Below, piece by piece: positions 30,668 to 41,206 of a DNA stretch of 64,000 nucleotides; the first letter of the stretch is position 1, and each line of letters begins with the position of its first letter. Source of the DNA: Obrimoposthia wandeli (taxonomy: Eukaryota). The stretch covers positions 186,001-250,000 of the forward strand of contig CDROCS010000666.1 of NCBI GenBank assembly GCA_977020255.1, read 5' to 3'. The notes under the pieces were generated by a model that was not told the origin of the DNA, did not search any database, and saw only the letters and a program-made list of their open reading frames with translations. Position numbers and translations under genes: made by a program.

Positions 30668-32803
30668 TTGAAAAAAATATTCAACTCTTACGTTTCACTG
30701 TTCATATTGCTCAGTGCGTCGTTTCTCGCACTTTTCTCACTTACAGCCAATGCATCTGATGAAAGCACTGGTTGGTTAGTGAACCCGATGCATCCCCCGC
30801 TTGAAGTTCGCTTAATGCTTACAGGGCAAAAAGATCTTGAAGCAAAAACAGTGGAAGGCTTTTTAGAAGTCAAACTTGCTAACGATTGGAAAACCTATTG
30901 GCGTTCTCCTGGTGAAGGAGGCATAGCGCCAAAGGTTGATTGGGAACTATCCAATAACCTCGATACTGTAGATTGGCAATGGCCAATGCCAAAACGCTAT
31001 GAATTTTTGGGCGTTGAAACGCTTGGTTATAAAGAACACGTTATCTTTCCGATGACTTTCCATATTGATGATATGAACAAGCCTGTTTTCCTCTCGGGAA
31101 AATTGACGATGTCATCGTGTACCAGCATTTGTGTTCTGACAGATTACGAGTTGATATTGGATTTCACACCAGCTAATTTACCGTTATCAACCAACGCAAT
31201 GCATGTCTTTAATCAAGGTATGAGCCAAGTTCCAAAGACATCACAAGCCGTGTCTCTAGACATGATTTCATGGAACCAAGCAAAGAAAGAGCTCACTGTT
31301 GTAGCAACGAATACTGCAGGCTGGAATAAACCAGATGTATTCATTGATGGTCAATCTCAGAATGTAAAAGACACATCATTTTTAGCCCCAAAGATCGCCA
31401 TTAACGATAAGCAGATGATCGCAACAATACCCGCATCAAGCTGGTTTGGTGATCCGGAATTACTCAATGAAGAAATGGCTGTCACAATCAGTGATGAGAA
31501 CATGGCCGTTGAACTGTCAGCAACGGCAACCAATCAAATTGTGCCGATGGCTGCCAATACCAGCCTACTCAAAATTATTGGTCTCGCCTTATTAGGTGGA
31601 TTGATTCTTAACATCATGCCATGCGTACTGCCCGTTTTAGGCATGAAGCTGAGCAGTGTAATATCAGCTGAAGGGCTAGAAAAACGCCAAATTCGTACCC
31701 AGTTTTTAGCATCTGCAGCAGGTATTTTAACGTCTTTCTGGTTAATTGCAGGCTTTCTCGTAATACTAAAAATTTCAGGTCAAGCTTTAGGCTGGGGCAT
31801 CCAGTTCCAAAACCCGTACTTCATTGGTGCCATGATTATCATCACGGGTTTGTTTGCTGCAAACATGTTAGGGCTATTTGAAATTCGCTTATCAAGTAAT
31901 ACAAATACATGGTTAGCAACCCGTGGTGATAACTCACATACCGGACATTTCGTTCAAGGTATGTTTGCAACCTTACTCGCCACCCCATGTAGTGCACCTT
32001 TCTTAGGCACTGCCGTTGCGTTTGCACTAGGGGCTAATTACTTCACCCTCTTTGCTATCTTTACAGCTTTAGCAATTGGTATGGCAGCCCCTTGGTTGCT
32101 GATTGCCTTGTTCCCACGGTTGGCTCAAATGATGCCAAAACCTGGCAAGTGGATGGACAAAGTAAAAACCATGTTTGGTTTAATGATGCTAGCCACCAGC
32201 ATTTGGTTACTCACGTTAATGACCAGTTTCTTAAGTACAGGTTTAGTTTGGTTAATCGGTCTTAGTTTAATAGCACTGTTGTTATGGCGCTTAGGTAACG
32301 TAAAAGGACGCAAGCCTGTTATCCTCACGCTCGCCTTCTTAATCTTTGGTTCTGCTGGCGGTATGCTTCTAGGCAGCGTAACTGCAGATCATTGGGCGAC
32401 GCCACTGCCTGCAGATCATGCATGGGTGCCGTTGCAAACAGATGAAATAGCACATGCTGTTAGCCAAGGTAAAACCGTTTTTGTCGATGTAACTGCCGAC
32501 TGGTGTATTACCTGTAAAGCCAACAAGATTGGTGTATTGCTTCAAGAGCCCGTTTATTCAGCGCTTGGCGAAGATAACATGCTGTTAATGCGTGGTGACT
32601 GGACGAAACCGTCAGATTACGTGACAGGCTTCTTGCAGTCTTACGGTCGCTTTGGTGTGCCATTTAATATTATTTATGGCCCGGGTGCGCCACAGGGCAT
32701 CTCATTACCTGTGATTTTAAGTACTAATGATGTATTAAATGCCCTTCGTGTTGCGAGTGATTCATCTAATGCCGTGGTTTCAGCTCAGGCGAATAAGGGT
32801 TAA
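30668..32803 (+). CDS. ScsB-type DsbD-family thiol:disulfide interchange protein
   Basis: WKTYWRSPGEGG, CTSIC, NIMPCVLP, TPCSAPFLG, WCITCK thioredoxin domain. TTG start after GGAG. Confidence 0.9.
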   Translation: MKKIFNSYVSLFILLSASFLALFSLTANASDESTGWLVNPMHPPLEVRLMLTGQKDLEAKTVEGFLEVKLANDWKTYWRSPGEGGIAPKVDWELSNNLDTVDWQWPMPKRYEFLGVETLGYKEHVIFPMTFHIDDMNKPVFLSGKLTMSSCTSICVLTDYELILDFTPANLPLSTNAMHVFNQGMSQVPKTSQAVSLDMISWNQAKKELTVVATNTAGWNKPDVFIDGQSQNVKDTSFLAPKIAINDKQMIATIPASSWFGDPELLNEEMAVTISDENMAVELSATATNQIVPMAANTSLLKIIGLALLGGLILNIMPCVLPVLGMKLSSVISAEGLEKRQIRTQFLASAAGILTSFWLIAGFLVILKISGQALGWGIQFQNPYFIGAMIIITGLFAANMLGLFEIRLSSNTNTWLATRGDNSHTGHFVQGMFATLLATPCSAPFLGTAVAFALGANYFTLFAIFTALAIGMAAPWLLIALFPRLAQMMPKPGKWMDKVKTMFGLMMLATSIWLLTLMTSFLSTGLVWLIGLSLIALLLWRLGNVKGRKPVILTLAFLIFGSAGGMLLGSVTADHWATPLPADHAWVPLQTDEIAHAVSQGKTVFVDVTADWCITCKANKIGVLLQEPVYSALGEDNMLLMRGDWTKPSDYVTGFLQSYGRFGVPFNIIYGPGAPQGISLPVILSTNDVLNALRVASDSSNAVVSAQANKG

Positions 32804-32828
32804 GGGTTAAGGGTTAAGGGTTAAGGGT
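32794..32828 (+). repeat. Perfect heptamer tandem repeat (TAAGGGT)x5
   Basis: Read directly; includes the dsbD stop codon and overlaps the next GTG start. Confidence 0.97.
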
Positions 32829-33405
32829 GAATAGAATGTCTGAATCAAATGAAAATGCATCACCTAAAACACCAAAGAAAAAAACGGACAATAAGCGAAA
32901 GACAAAGAAAGCAAAAGGGCTACGTCACTGGCTAAAAGAAGCCGTCATGTTTCTTGTTATATTGACTATTTTCAGTACAGGGCTAGACATTTGGCGCAGT
33001 GGAGATATGCCATCAAATGAAGTGCCTGAACTGATTGCTCAAACCATTAACGATGAAACTATCGATTTAAAAGCGATGAGTTACGAGAAACCAGTATTGC
33101 TGTATTTTTGGGCGACATGGTGCCCAGCATGTAAATTTGTATCCCCCACCGTGAACTGGATGAGTGATCACTTTACTGTGGTATCTGTTGCCATAACATC
33201 GGGTGAGAATCGCCGGATAAATGCATTTATGGATAACAGCGGCTATACCTTCCCCGTTATCAATGATGATAAAGGGAACATAAGCCGATCTTGGGGAGTA
33301 TCAGCTACGCCAAGTATCGTTATCATCAAAGATGGTGAAATATCATTCATCACAACAGGAGTGTCAACACCTCCCGGTTTATGGTTACGAATGCTATTTG
33401 CTTAG
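32827..33405 (+). CDS. ScsD-like membrane-anchored thioredoxin (TlpA family)
   Basis: LLYFWATWCPACK, WGVSATP; N-terminal TM. The start may be ATG32836. Confidence 0.88.
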   Translation: MNRMSESNENASPKTPKKKTDNKRKTKKAKGLRHWLKEAVMFLVILTIFSTGLDIWRSGDMPSNEVPELIAQTINDETIDLKAMSYEKPVLLYFWATWCPACKFVSPTVNWMSDHFTVVSVAITSGENRRINAFMDNSGYTFPVINDDKGNISRSWGVSATPSIVIIKDGEISFITTGVSTPPGLWLRMLFA

Positions 33406-33535
33406 GTTTTATTGACAAAGAGCGATAGATCTTAATATGGAAACACCCGATGAACATTCCGTTTATCGGGTGTTTTTTATTGCGAATCGGATGACGAATT
33501 ATGAATAAGTGTCAGATAGCTATATCATCGACTAC

Positions 33536-34054
33536 TCACTCCCAATCCCAGTGACGACTATCATGCTCTGGAGACGGTATCATACGATAACCGCTAATAT
33601 TTTGGTGTTGAATATTTTTCATTGCTTTGTGAAACTGCTTACGATCTAAATGAATCAAGTTTTCATGATCACCCGATTCTAAATAAATCTCATCTTGCTC
33701 TAACAACATATCATCAATCAACATACCCACTTGGTACGCTTGACCCAATGTAGGAACAGCACCTGGTTCGCAATCTTGGAAAACATTCGATAAGTCATGC
33801 TCACTAACAAGCAAATATTGCTTACCAGTCATGCGGTTAATTTTATCGATCATTACCCGTCGATTTGAAGGAACAACCGCCATCAAATATTCGCCATTCT
33901 GATCAATTAGCATAACAGCCTTTGCGACTTGTGTTGTTGGCACATGAGCTGAAACAGCTGAACTAAAAGATGTATCAGTATGACGATGATTTGTAAGGCT
34001 AAAGTTAATATTACGACTATTTAGGAATTGCCCTATAGAGATTGCCATGGCCAT
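33536..34054 (-). CDS. YbaK/aminoacyl-tRNA deacylase family protein
   Basis: VAKAVMLID, FQDCEPGAVPTLG, IYLESGDHENLI; GAGGAGG RBS. Confidence 0.85.
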   Translation of the reverse strand: MAMAISIGQFLNSRNINFSLTNHRHTDTSFSSAVSAHVPTTQVAKAVMLIDQNGEYLMAVVPSNRRVMIDKINRMTGKQYLLVSEHDLSNVFQDCEPGAVPTLGQAYQVGMLIDDMLLEQDEIYLESGDHENLIHLDRKQFHKAMKNIQHQNISGYRMIPSPEHDSRHWDWE

Positions 34055-34184
34055 GATTACCTCCTCAGAATGTATTCTGGTCACAGGAAAAGTATGGAGG
34101 CTGAGGCGCTTTTTCGCGAGTTAATTATTCTATTTTAGAGCTAGACATTATCAGCCTCGCAAAAACATTCAGCGTTTGAAGATA

Positions 34185-34215
34185 GAAACGCACATCTTGA
34201 GGTAGTTTGGGGATA
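34185..34215 (+). repeat. Degenerate ERIC/IRU-like right end
   Basis: gaaacgcacatcttgaggtagtttggggata resembles 29995-30025. Confidence 0.55.
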
Positions 34216-34224
34216 CAAAATAAC

Positions 34225-34731
34225 TTAATTAATACGCCGTACTTGCCAAAATTTACGGCTCCAGTACGGATTATCTAACCGAGAGATCATAACACCACGC
34301 GATGTAGACGCATGTAAAAACTCAGAGTTCCCCAGATAAATACCTACATGACGTGTTGTGTATCCGGTTTTAAAAAAGACTAAGTCACCTTTTTGTGCAT
34401 TAGCGACAGCAACATAACGACCCAGCTTTACCTGCTGTGAGGTTGTACGAGGTAGCATTTTTTCATACACAGAAGAATACCCAACCTGTACAAATGCGGA
34501 GCAATCAATTCCACGTTTAGTATTGCCCCCTAGCCTATATGGCGTGCCTTTCCAAACATCATAAACATTAGTAAAATCAATGCCGTTAACATCAGACTTA
34601 GCCGTATTCCTTGCCATAACATCAGATGTTGATTTATCCGCTTCTGTTGTATCAACAGAATCAGACGAAGAACACCCCACGATCGTGGTAAGCATTATGC
34701 CTATAAATATTGTGTAATAGCGCCTATTCAC
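34225..34731 (-). CDS. NlpC/P60 family lipoprotein (cell-wall peptidase)
   Basis: Lipobox IVGC, PYRLGG..GIDCSAFV, GDLVFF, HVGIYLG, FLHAS. Confidence 0.93.
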   Translation of the reverse strand: MNRRYYTIFIGIMLTTIVGCSSSDSVDTTEADKSTSDVMARNTAKSDVNGIDFTNVYDVWKGTPYRLGGNTKRGIDCSAFVQVGYSSVYEKMLPRTTSQQVKLGRYVAVANAQKGDLVFFKTGYTTRHVGIYLGNSEFLHASTSRGVMISRLDNPYWSRKFWQVRRIN

Positions 34732-34870
34732 GATTTATCCCAAACCTTTAAAGTAATATCTTGTCGTGCATAATTATTATTTTAAGCATCCATTTTATGG
34801 GTGTTATTATGGAATAGATTAGCCATTAGTGCTATCGATAACTCTCTATTCATCAACATGGTAGATATGC

Positions 34871-35350
34871 ATGACGACAGTCACCCTACGCCCATATAAC
34901 CCCACAGATACAGAAAGGTTAGCTCATATATATACACAAGCAGCACTGATTTTGGGTAAAACACAGTACACCGAACAGCAAGTACAGATATGGGCAGATT
35001 ACCCGATTCAATATTTTGATGAATTTAAAGCCATGCTTTCTAATGGGCACACATACGTAGCAGCATCTGGCTGTGGTGAGATCATCGGCTTTGGCCAAAT
35101 TTACCCAACAGACTATGTCACCTTACTGTATGTATTACCGGAATATTCACGTGCAGGTATTGGACAAACGATCTATAAGCAGCTAGAAAATATCGCACAA
35201 GATAATCAACAAAAATGTTTAAGTGTGATTGCGAGTAAAATATCGAAAGGGTTATTCGAGAAACTAGGATTTGAAGTCATTGATACTGAAATATCATTGA
35301 GAAATGGCATTGAATTTGAGCGCTACAACATGGTTAAAATATTGATATAG
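34871..35350 (+). CDS. GNAT family N-acetyltransferase
   Basis: LYVLPEYSRAGIG acetyl-CoA motif, FEKLGF. Confidence 0.85.
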   Translation: MTTVTLRPYNPTDTERLAHIYTQAALILGKTQYTEQQVQIWADYPIQYFDEFKAMLSNGHTYVAASGCGEIIGFGQIYPTDYVTLLYVLPEYSRAGIGQTIYKQLENIAQDNQQKCLSVIASKISKGLFEKLGFEVIDTEISLRNGIEFERYNMVKILI

Positions 35351-35719
35351 GTTCTGCTGAAATCCAACACGAAGAAACCTATCGGCTTTACTTTAGCAGA
35401 CAGCCTCGCGATGCTTTAACCATAATAGTTAAACTTGCGATGATTAATTAAGCGAGCCACCTCATCGCTAGCTATCTAATCGAATACCATTCATAATGCC
35501 GTATGTTTTTGAAACGATAGTTTGCTATTGATCAATATCTGAAATAAATGATTAATAGCTGCCGTTTTTCTACACCAATTTTGAATTTAGTTTTGATTTG
35601 TTGTATTTTTGTGTAATTGAATCAATCGCTTTTTAGACCTATTCTGTAAAGTATAACATTTGAATAACATTTGCCATTCACAACATATCGAAGTAACTGT
35701 TTGATACAAAGGAGTTTCT

Positions 35720-36469
35720 GTGCTGTCTTTCATCCGTCTATTTACTGCGGCAATCTTTATTATTTTTATGACACTTTTTGCTTTGGTTTATTGCATATTT
35801 ACTCCTCGCAATCCAAAGCATGTGTATTTCTTTTGCCGTTGGTTTAATCAATTACAGAAAGTTGTTGGTCTACGTGTTGAAACACGTGGTGTAGAAAACG
35901 CTGACAATGTAGGTAACAGTGTTTATATTTCTAACCACCAAAGTGTATTTGATTTTGTTACTGATCCTGGCATGTTAAGACCCCGAACAGTTACGATTGG
36001 TAAAAAGAGCCTACTGTGGGTTCCTTTCTTTGGTCAGCTATATTGGATTACAGGTAACATTCTGCTCGATCGTGAAAATAAATCGAAAGCAAGAAACACC
36101 ATTCAGCAGGTTGCTGAAGCTATTCGTAACCGTAACCTATCGGTGTGGATGTATCCTGAAGGTACACGTAGCAAGGGTAGAGGCTTACTGCCTTTTAAAA
36201 CAGGGGCATTTCGCATGGCAATTGAAGCTGGCGTACCAATTGTGCCAATGTGCACCAGTACAACACATAACAAAATAGACTTAAATCGTCGTGACAACGG
36301 CATTGCAATTACAGAAATGTTAGCGCCTATTGATGTCACACAGTTTAAAAATGCACGAGAGTTAGCAGACCACTGTCACACTCTGATGGCTGAGAAAATT
36401 GCAGAATTAGATGTTGAAGTCGAACGATTTGCAATGAGTAAAGTAGAAGTTCCTGCAAAATCAAATTAA
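35720..36469 (+). CDS. plsC: 1-acyl-sn-glycerol-3-phosphate acyltransferase
   Basis: SNHQSVFD, YPEGTRS, LPFKTGAF motifs; GGAG RBS. Confidence 0.93.
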   Translation: MLSFIRLFTAAIFIIFMTLFALVYCIFTPRNPKHVYFFCRWFNQLQKVVGLRVETRGVENADNVGNSVYISNHQSVFDFVTDPGMLRPRTVTIGKKSLLWVPFFGQLYWITGNILLDRENKSKARNTIQQVAEAIRNRNLSVWMYPEGTRSKGRGLLPFKTGAFRMAIEAGVPIVPMCTSTTHNKIDLNRRDNGIAITEMLAPIDVTQFKNARELADHCHTLMAEKIAELDVEVERFAMSKVEVPAKSN

Positions 36470-36570
36470 TTAACGCTTCATACACGTATATAAAAAAGAG
36501 CACCTTCGAGGTTAATACCGAACGATTAAACAAAACAGTGAATAATTAGTCATTATTCTAAGTGCTTTCA

Positions 36571-36634
36571 ATCGCGTAGGAGGAGACCTCGCTGTCTCCG
36601 TCCTCTCACACCACCGTACAAGCGTGGATCGCAT
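36571..36634 (-). mobile_element. Group II intron 3'-end remnant (3' part of domain V plus domain VI)
   Basis: Minus strand ATGCGATCCACGCTTGTACGGTGGTGTGAGAGGACGGAGACAGCGAGGTCTCCTCCTACGCGAT. It has the GTACGGTGGTGTGAGAGG signature, a domain VI stem and a CCTAC.CGAT end. The 5' strand of domain V and the RT ORF are missing. Confidence 0.85.
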
Positions 36635-36977
36635 TAGAACCCTCAGTTCTTGCTAGAACGCCACAATTCGGCATTATAGGAAATGAGGTGTCTTAATAGC
36701 TCGTTAGTTGAAAGCCGAAATGATATCAAAAGGTGCGCTATGAGATCTAACGTTTACCGTATTGGCTAAGCTCGATATATTCATCAAGAGCCTTTCTATC
36801 ACCGAGTACAGCAAGATCGAATATCGCCTTAATATAGGCATTTTCCTCGTTTTGTGCACACTTGTCTTCTGCGTACTTCAGTAAGACAAAAGCAAATCAA
36901 TAACCATGAATCGTGATGTCGATTTCAGACCCTATTGTTCAGTTTAACGTAAGCTAACTTGGCATTGCTAACGAGCG

Positions 36978-37268
36978 CTACATGAAATAACAAGAGTAAC
37001 CATTATAGCCTTTTATAAACGCAGGTGAAAATAAAGCTAAAATTGCAGCCATAAGTTCTCCCAATCGATAACCGCCAGTGTAACCGTCTCTGCCTGCGAA
37101 TATCTGGAAAAAAGGTACCAGAGCCGTTAGCTTTGATAAATATCCGCTCATCTCTATAACTTTGTTCATATCCTTTATGCCCCTGAGTGTACTTGGCCCA
37201 GGTTTAAAAGCACGAATGTAACAGAAGTTTCCCTTTTCGAGCTCAATCTTCTTCATTCCAACCTCCAT
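36978..37268 (-). CDS. Hypothetical or degenerate ORF
   Basis: 96 aa with GGAGG before MKKIE; no family recognised; lies in a decayed patch. Confidence 0.35.
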   Translation of the reverse strand: MEVGMKKIELEKGNFCYIRAFKPGPSTLRGIKDMNKVIEMSGYLSKLTALVPFFQIFAGRDGYTGGYRLGELMAAILALFSPAFIKGYNGYSCYFM

Positions 37269-37632
37269 GTGATCTTGAATCCATGATGCTTTGTAGACGT
37301 TTTATGTCTTCTTGCGATCAGTCGTGATAAAAGGCTCTGTTCCATATTATTTGTCATCGCCTAATAAGACCTGCATAGCTCTCTAAATGTTTCCCTGACT
37401 GTTAATATAAACTCATAGCCTTAACCTTCAAGCTGTTGATTACGCTTATGAGTATAGTCACATTTGATGGAACAGAGCATGCCCATCGCCAACCGCTTTC
37501 TGATATAAAACAAATGATAACAGCAGAGTTCGTTACTATTTTCTTCAGCTCTATACCCAAGTACTCAGGTATACATAAGCAAAATGCCAGTCATAAACTG
37601 GCATTTTTATACGTTCTAATTCGTAGTCACGA

Positions 37633-37983
37633 TTAGCTATGCTTTTGTTGTAGGTAAGTACGACCTACAACTTGGTATGTCTCTTTATGCTTAATTTCAA
37701 ACATAATGTAGAAGAACCATGCAACAAATTTTAGCATTTCATCGCCATCATTCATTACCCATTCAACATACTCTTCTTCTTCACCATCATCATTTTCTTG
37801 GGTGAAAACGTGATAAATACGCTTTTCATTATCAATTTCAGCTAACTGAAATTGACCCGTTAATGATACAGCGGCATCAACGACTTCCTGCTCTTCACTG
37901 GCTTTAAGCGCTTCAAGCACTTCAGGTAACGTTTCTTTTTGGCATAAATCTTTTACTAGTGTTTCAAATTCTTCTTGTTGCAT
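37633..37983 (-). CDS. Acidic conserved-hypothetical protein
   Basis: 116-aa ORF with protein-like composition and a downstream hairpin (cagtcataaactg). Confidence 0.7.
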   Translation of the reverse strand: MQQEEFETLVKDLCQKETLPEVLEALKASEEQEVVDAAVSLTGQFQLAEIDNEKRIYHVFTQENDDGEEEEYVEWVMNDGDEMLKFVAWFFYIMFEIKHKETYQVVGRTYLQQKHS

Positions 37984-38132
37984 GATTCTTCAACTCAATA
38001 GTCTAATACCAATATTGTATCAGTAAGTCTTCTACAATTTCACCCTGATTACATTGTGTTTCACCCGCAGTTTACCCTCCCCGATAAGAATAAGGTAAAT
38101 GCATGCTTATTAAGTAAGACTATTCGTTATCG

Positions 38133-38381
38133 CTAACGATCAGTAAAACGAAATAAGTTATCGATTGATATTGGGCAATTCGCTATTTGATGAACCTTAT
38201 CTTCAGCTTGTTCTAATGAATCGTAACTACATGCAATGCCATAGATATCGGTAAGAGGATTATCATTACCTAATTTATCTACAAAATTTATACTCCATCC
38301 TGCGCTCAAAAAATCATGTATAACATGCGCTTCGACTAAGGTTTGATTGGCAAATAAACGCTTACATTCTGAAAGAACCAT
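38133..38381 (-). CDS. Hypothetical protein
   Basis: GAGGA RBS before MVLSECKRLF; no family recognised. Confidence 0.55.
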   Translation of the reverse strand: MVLSECKRLFANQTLVEAHVIHDFLSAGWSINFVDKLGNDNPLTDIYGIACSYDSLEQAEDKVHQIANCPISIDNLFRFTDR

Positions 38382-38610
38382 AATCCATTCCTCACTTACT
38401 GATTTACTATAAATATAGCCAACATTCATCAATTAATAAAATCATCAACAGCATTGTGCAATATGTATTAGGGTAACTTTGCGTGAACAATATCAGTAAA
38501 CAGAATATAGCGATGAATGGGGGTGTTGGAACGAAGGATAGAAAAAGTAGAATAACGCATTAGAAAAGAAGCTCAAAGCCGCACCAAACGATGCGACTTT
38601 GAAGTATCAA

Positions 38611-38964
38611 TTAAAGATACAGTTTTGCAACGTTTGTTGCTTCTGTCTCAGTGCCTTCTAAGCTAGTGTTCCAGTTCAAGCCAACAAGCACTTCATCTTC
38701 AGATAAAGTGATCATCCAATCTTCTAGGAAAACATCAAGTGGCACCTGAGTTGGAGTGAATTCAGCCCACTCTTCTTCACACTGTACTTTAGCATCAGCT
38801 TCAGTAGACCAGAATGGCATAACTTCTGATTCTTCAAATTCTGAAGACTCAACAGATAACCAATCACCCTCTTCGTTACAAAGACCCCAAACAATGCGGG
38901 TTTCTTGTGTTTCAGTAACAAATAGTTCTTTGTTCGCTTGAATATCTGCCGTTAACTTTGTCAT
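38611..38964 (-). CDS. DUF2750 family protein
   Basis: VWGL..EEGDW..MPFWS..F.EDW..L.ED.VLVGLNW pattern. Confidence 0.8.
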   Translation of the reverse strand: MTKLTADIQANKELFVTETQETRIVWGLCNEEGDWLSVESSEFEESEVMPFWSTEADAKVQCEEEWAEFTPTQVPLDVFLEDWMITLSEDEVLVGLNWNTSLEGTETEATNVAKLYL

Positions 38965-39229
38965 TCTTTTCTCTCTTTAAATGTGCCTTTTCGGCTTGAT
39001 GTGACTGTAAGTCATTATTGCAGCCACATAGTGCGCTTATTTTATCAAAAAAAAAGCCATTCGCACGATTAAATCTTCATTAATAAGGTAGATAAAGGTA
39101 GGTATAAGTTAAACCAGCATCTTTTTAATCATTATTCTGACGTTTACCTAAGAACTATAATCCTTATCGAATATTTATTACTCGAATTCCAAGCTTTGAA
39201 CAAAAGTATCAAACAGTTTTTTTTATACT

Positions 39230-39264
39230 TATAGCCAAGCAAGCTCAAGATGCAGGATTCAGAG
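39230..39264 (+). repeat. Degenerate ERIC/IRU-like left end
   Basis: tatagccaagcaagctcaagatgcaggattcagag matches the reverse complement of 3062-3090 and of 30001-30025. Confidence 0.55.
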
Positions 39265-39338
39265 TAGCATCAGCCAGCACTTTGAAGTTGCTGGCTGTAT
39301 CAGTTCTCGTTTACTATTGATAATAAGGATATTTTGAA

Positions 39339-39941
39339 ATGGCCATCTCAAATTGGCAACGCTATATCAATACACAAGCTCTGCTACCACCTCGGCCACA
39401 TGTAGTCGATACGCACCTTTTTCTTGGTGATAACGGTCGTAATAAGGTCGCTGTTGACATTGCTTGTGGTACAGGACGAGACACTCTATACCTACTTGAC
39501 AAGGGGTATCAAGTGTATGCTTTTGATAAAGATATTGGTAGCTTAGAACGCCTCTCTACTCATCCTCTGGCATGCTCTAATCCCAGTTTAGATTTGCAGT
39601 TAAGTGTGTTCGAAGAATACTCCTTCCCAAAAGCCAATATGATTAATGCGAGTGCCTGTCTATTTTTCTGTAAACCGAATGAGTTCTCAATACTCTGGCA
39701 CAACATTGATACGGCATTAGACGTTAATGGTATTTTTTGTGGCCACTTCCTTGGAACAAATAGCGTTAATGTTAATACTCACACTGACAAGCCTATATTG
39801 ACTCACAGCCAAGAAGACATCGAAACGCTACTTAAGGGATATTACATTATCTCTTGGAAAGTAAAAAAAGAATATTCAGCACAACTCACCGGTAAAAAAC
39901 AGCGCTGGTTGGTCAATACTCTTATCGCAATGAAAAAATAA
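39339..39941 (+). CDS. Class I SAM-dependent methyltransferase (TehB-like)
   Basis: VAVDIACGTGRD motif I, VYAFD. Confidence 0.85.
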   Translation: MAISNWQRYINTQALLPPRPHVVDTHLFLGDNGRNKVAVDIACGTGRDTLYLLDKGYQVYAFDKDIGSLERLSTHPLACSNPSLDLQLSVFEEYSFPKANMINASACLFFCKPNEFSILWHNIDTALDVNGIFCGHFLGTNSVNVNTHTDKPILTHSQEDIETLLKGYYIISWKVKKEYSAQLTGKKQRWLVNTLIAMKK

Positions 39942-40093
39942 CACATTGATTTATAATCAAAATATCATTCACTATTGAATGCGCATACAAACTCACATAA
40001 AAAGCTTTTCGCCTACATTATAAAGTGACAGAATAGCGGAAATTTCAGGTTATCCCCTAATCTCTTTCTTCTTTCTTATCGTTAGGTTTTGCT

Positions 40094-40996
40094 ATGCAAT
40101 CACATCGTGCTGGAAATGCCTTAGCCGCTTTTTCATTTGTGCTCTGGGGTATTTTGCCTCTTTATTACCACTTTTTACCACAAGCTAACACCAATGAACT
40201 TTTAGCATCGAGAATCATCTTCTCGGTACCGGTTATGCTTCTAATAATCATAACCTTACGACAACCTTTGCCGTCGTATCGCGCCATTATCAATGATAAG
40301 CGTTCTTTGATATTCACTGTTATAGCCAGTTTAATCATGTGCATATCATGGTATGCCTTTACGTGGGCGTTAACTCATGGACAAGTGCTTGCCGCCAGCC
40401 TTGGCTTTTTTATTAATCCATTATTTGCTATTGCATTTGGGGTGTTCTTTTTAAAAGAACGTTTATCTCGTGCTCAGGTTGCAGCTGTCATTTTGGGTAC
40501 TGCTGGCATCAGCTACCAAGTATGGAGCTATGGCGAACTGCCTTGGATTGCACTCATTATGGGCAGCTTTTTTGCCCTATATGGATTATGTAAAAAGTTC
40601 ATTCAATATAACGCACTAACCTCTGTCACAATTGAATCGGTGGTTCTTGCACCTTTTGCTATTGCCTTTATGTTATGGCAATACCTGCAAGGTAGCAGCG
40701 TTGCATTATCATCAGATATACAAACATTATTACTTTATATTGGCTCTGCGCCTGTAACGTTAGCACCTCTGATTTTCTTTGCACTTGCATTAAACCGTAC
40801 CAGTTTAACCATGGTCGGTTTAATGCAATATATTGAACCTAGCCTGCAGTTTTTACTCGCGGTCTTCTTATTTGGTGAGATATTTGATGAAGTGAAACTG
40901 GTGAGTTTTGGCTTTATTTGGCTCGGGCTATTGTTATGTACACTTGAAGCGTTAGCTCAAGGATTAAAAAATAAGTACCGATTACGTGCGCAGTGA
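40094..40996 (+). CDS. rarD: RarD-type EamA/DMT transporter
   Basis: LWGILPLY, ASLGFFINPL, GLMQYIEPSLQF. Confidence 0.9.
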   Translation: MQSHRAGNALAAFSFVLWGILPLYYHFLPQANTNELLASRIIFSVPVMLLIIITLRQPLPSYRAIINDKRSLIFTVIASLIMCISWYAFTWALTHGQVLAASLGFFINPLFAIAFGVFFLKERLSRAQVAAVILGTAGISYQVWSYGELPWIALIMGSFFALYGLCKKFIQYNALTSVTIESVVLAPFAIAFMLWQYLQGSSVALSSDIQTLLLYIGSAPVTLAPLIFFALALNRTSLTMVGLMQYIEPSLQFLLAVFLFGEIFDEVKLVSFGFIWLGLLLCTLEALAQGLKNKYRLRAQ

Positions 40997-41206
40997 TTCT
41001 GTCCATTGGAAGGATAAATACTTTGGTTCTGCGAAAAAGTACAATGAGCTTTAGCTGAGTAATAAACAGCTTACTGCCTTTTATGTTAGAACAATAAGTA
41101 CTGGTGCAGTTATAAATAGCCTCGTCGCTATTAGTTAACTGCACCATTCTATTGACTACAACACCGTATAGGGGCTTATTAATCAACCTTGTAGTAAGGC
41201 ATAACC

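Noticed and set aside
36640-36975. Integron attC site or intron 5' end near the intron remnant
   Set aside because: GTTRRRY and RYYYAAC-like words occur but do not pair into an attC stem. The GTGCG is on the opposite strand from the remnant.
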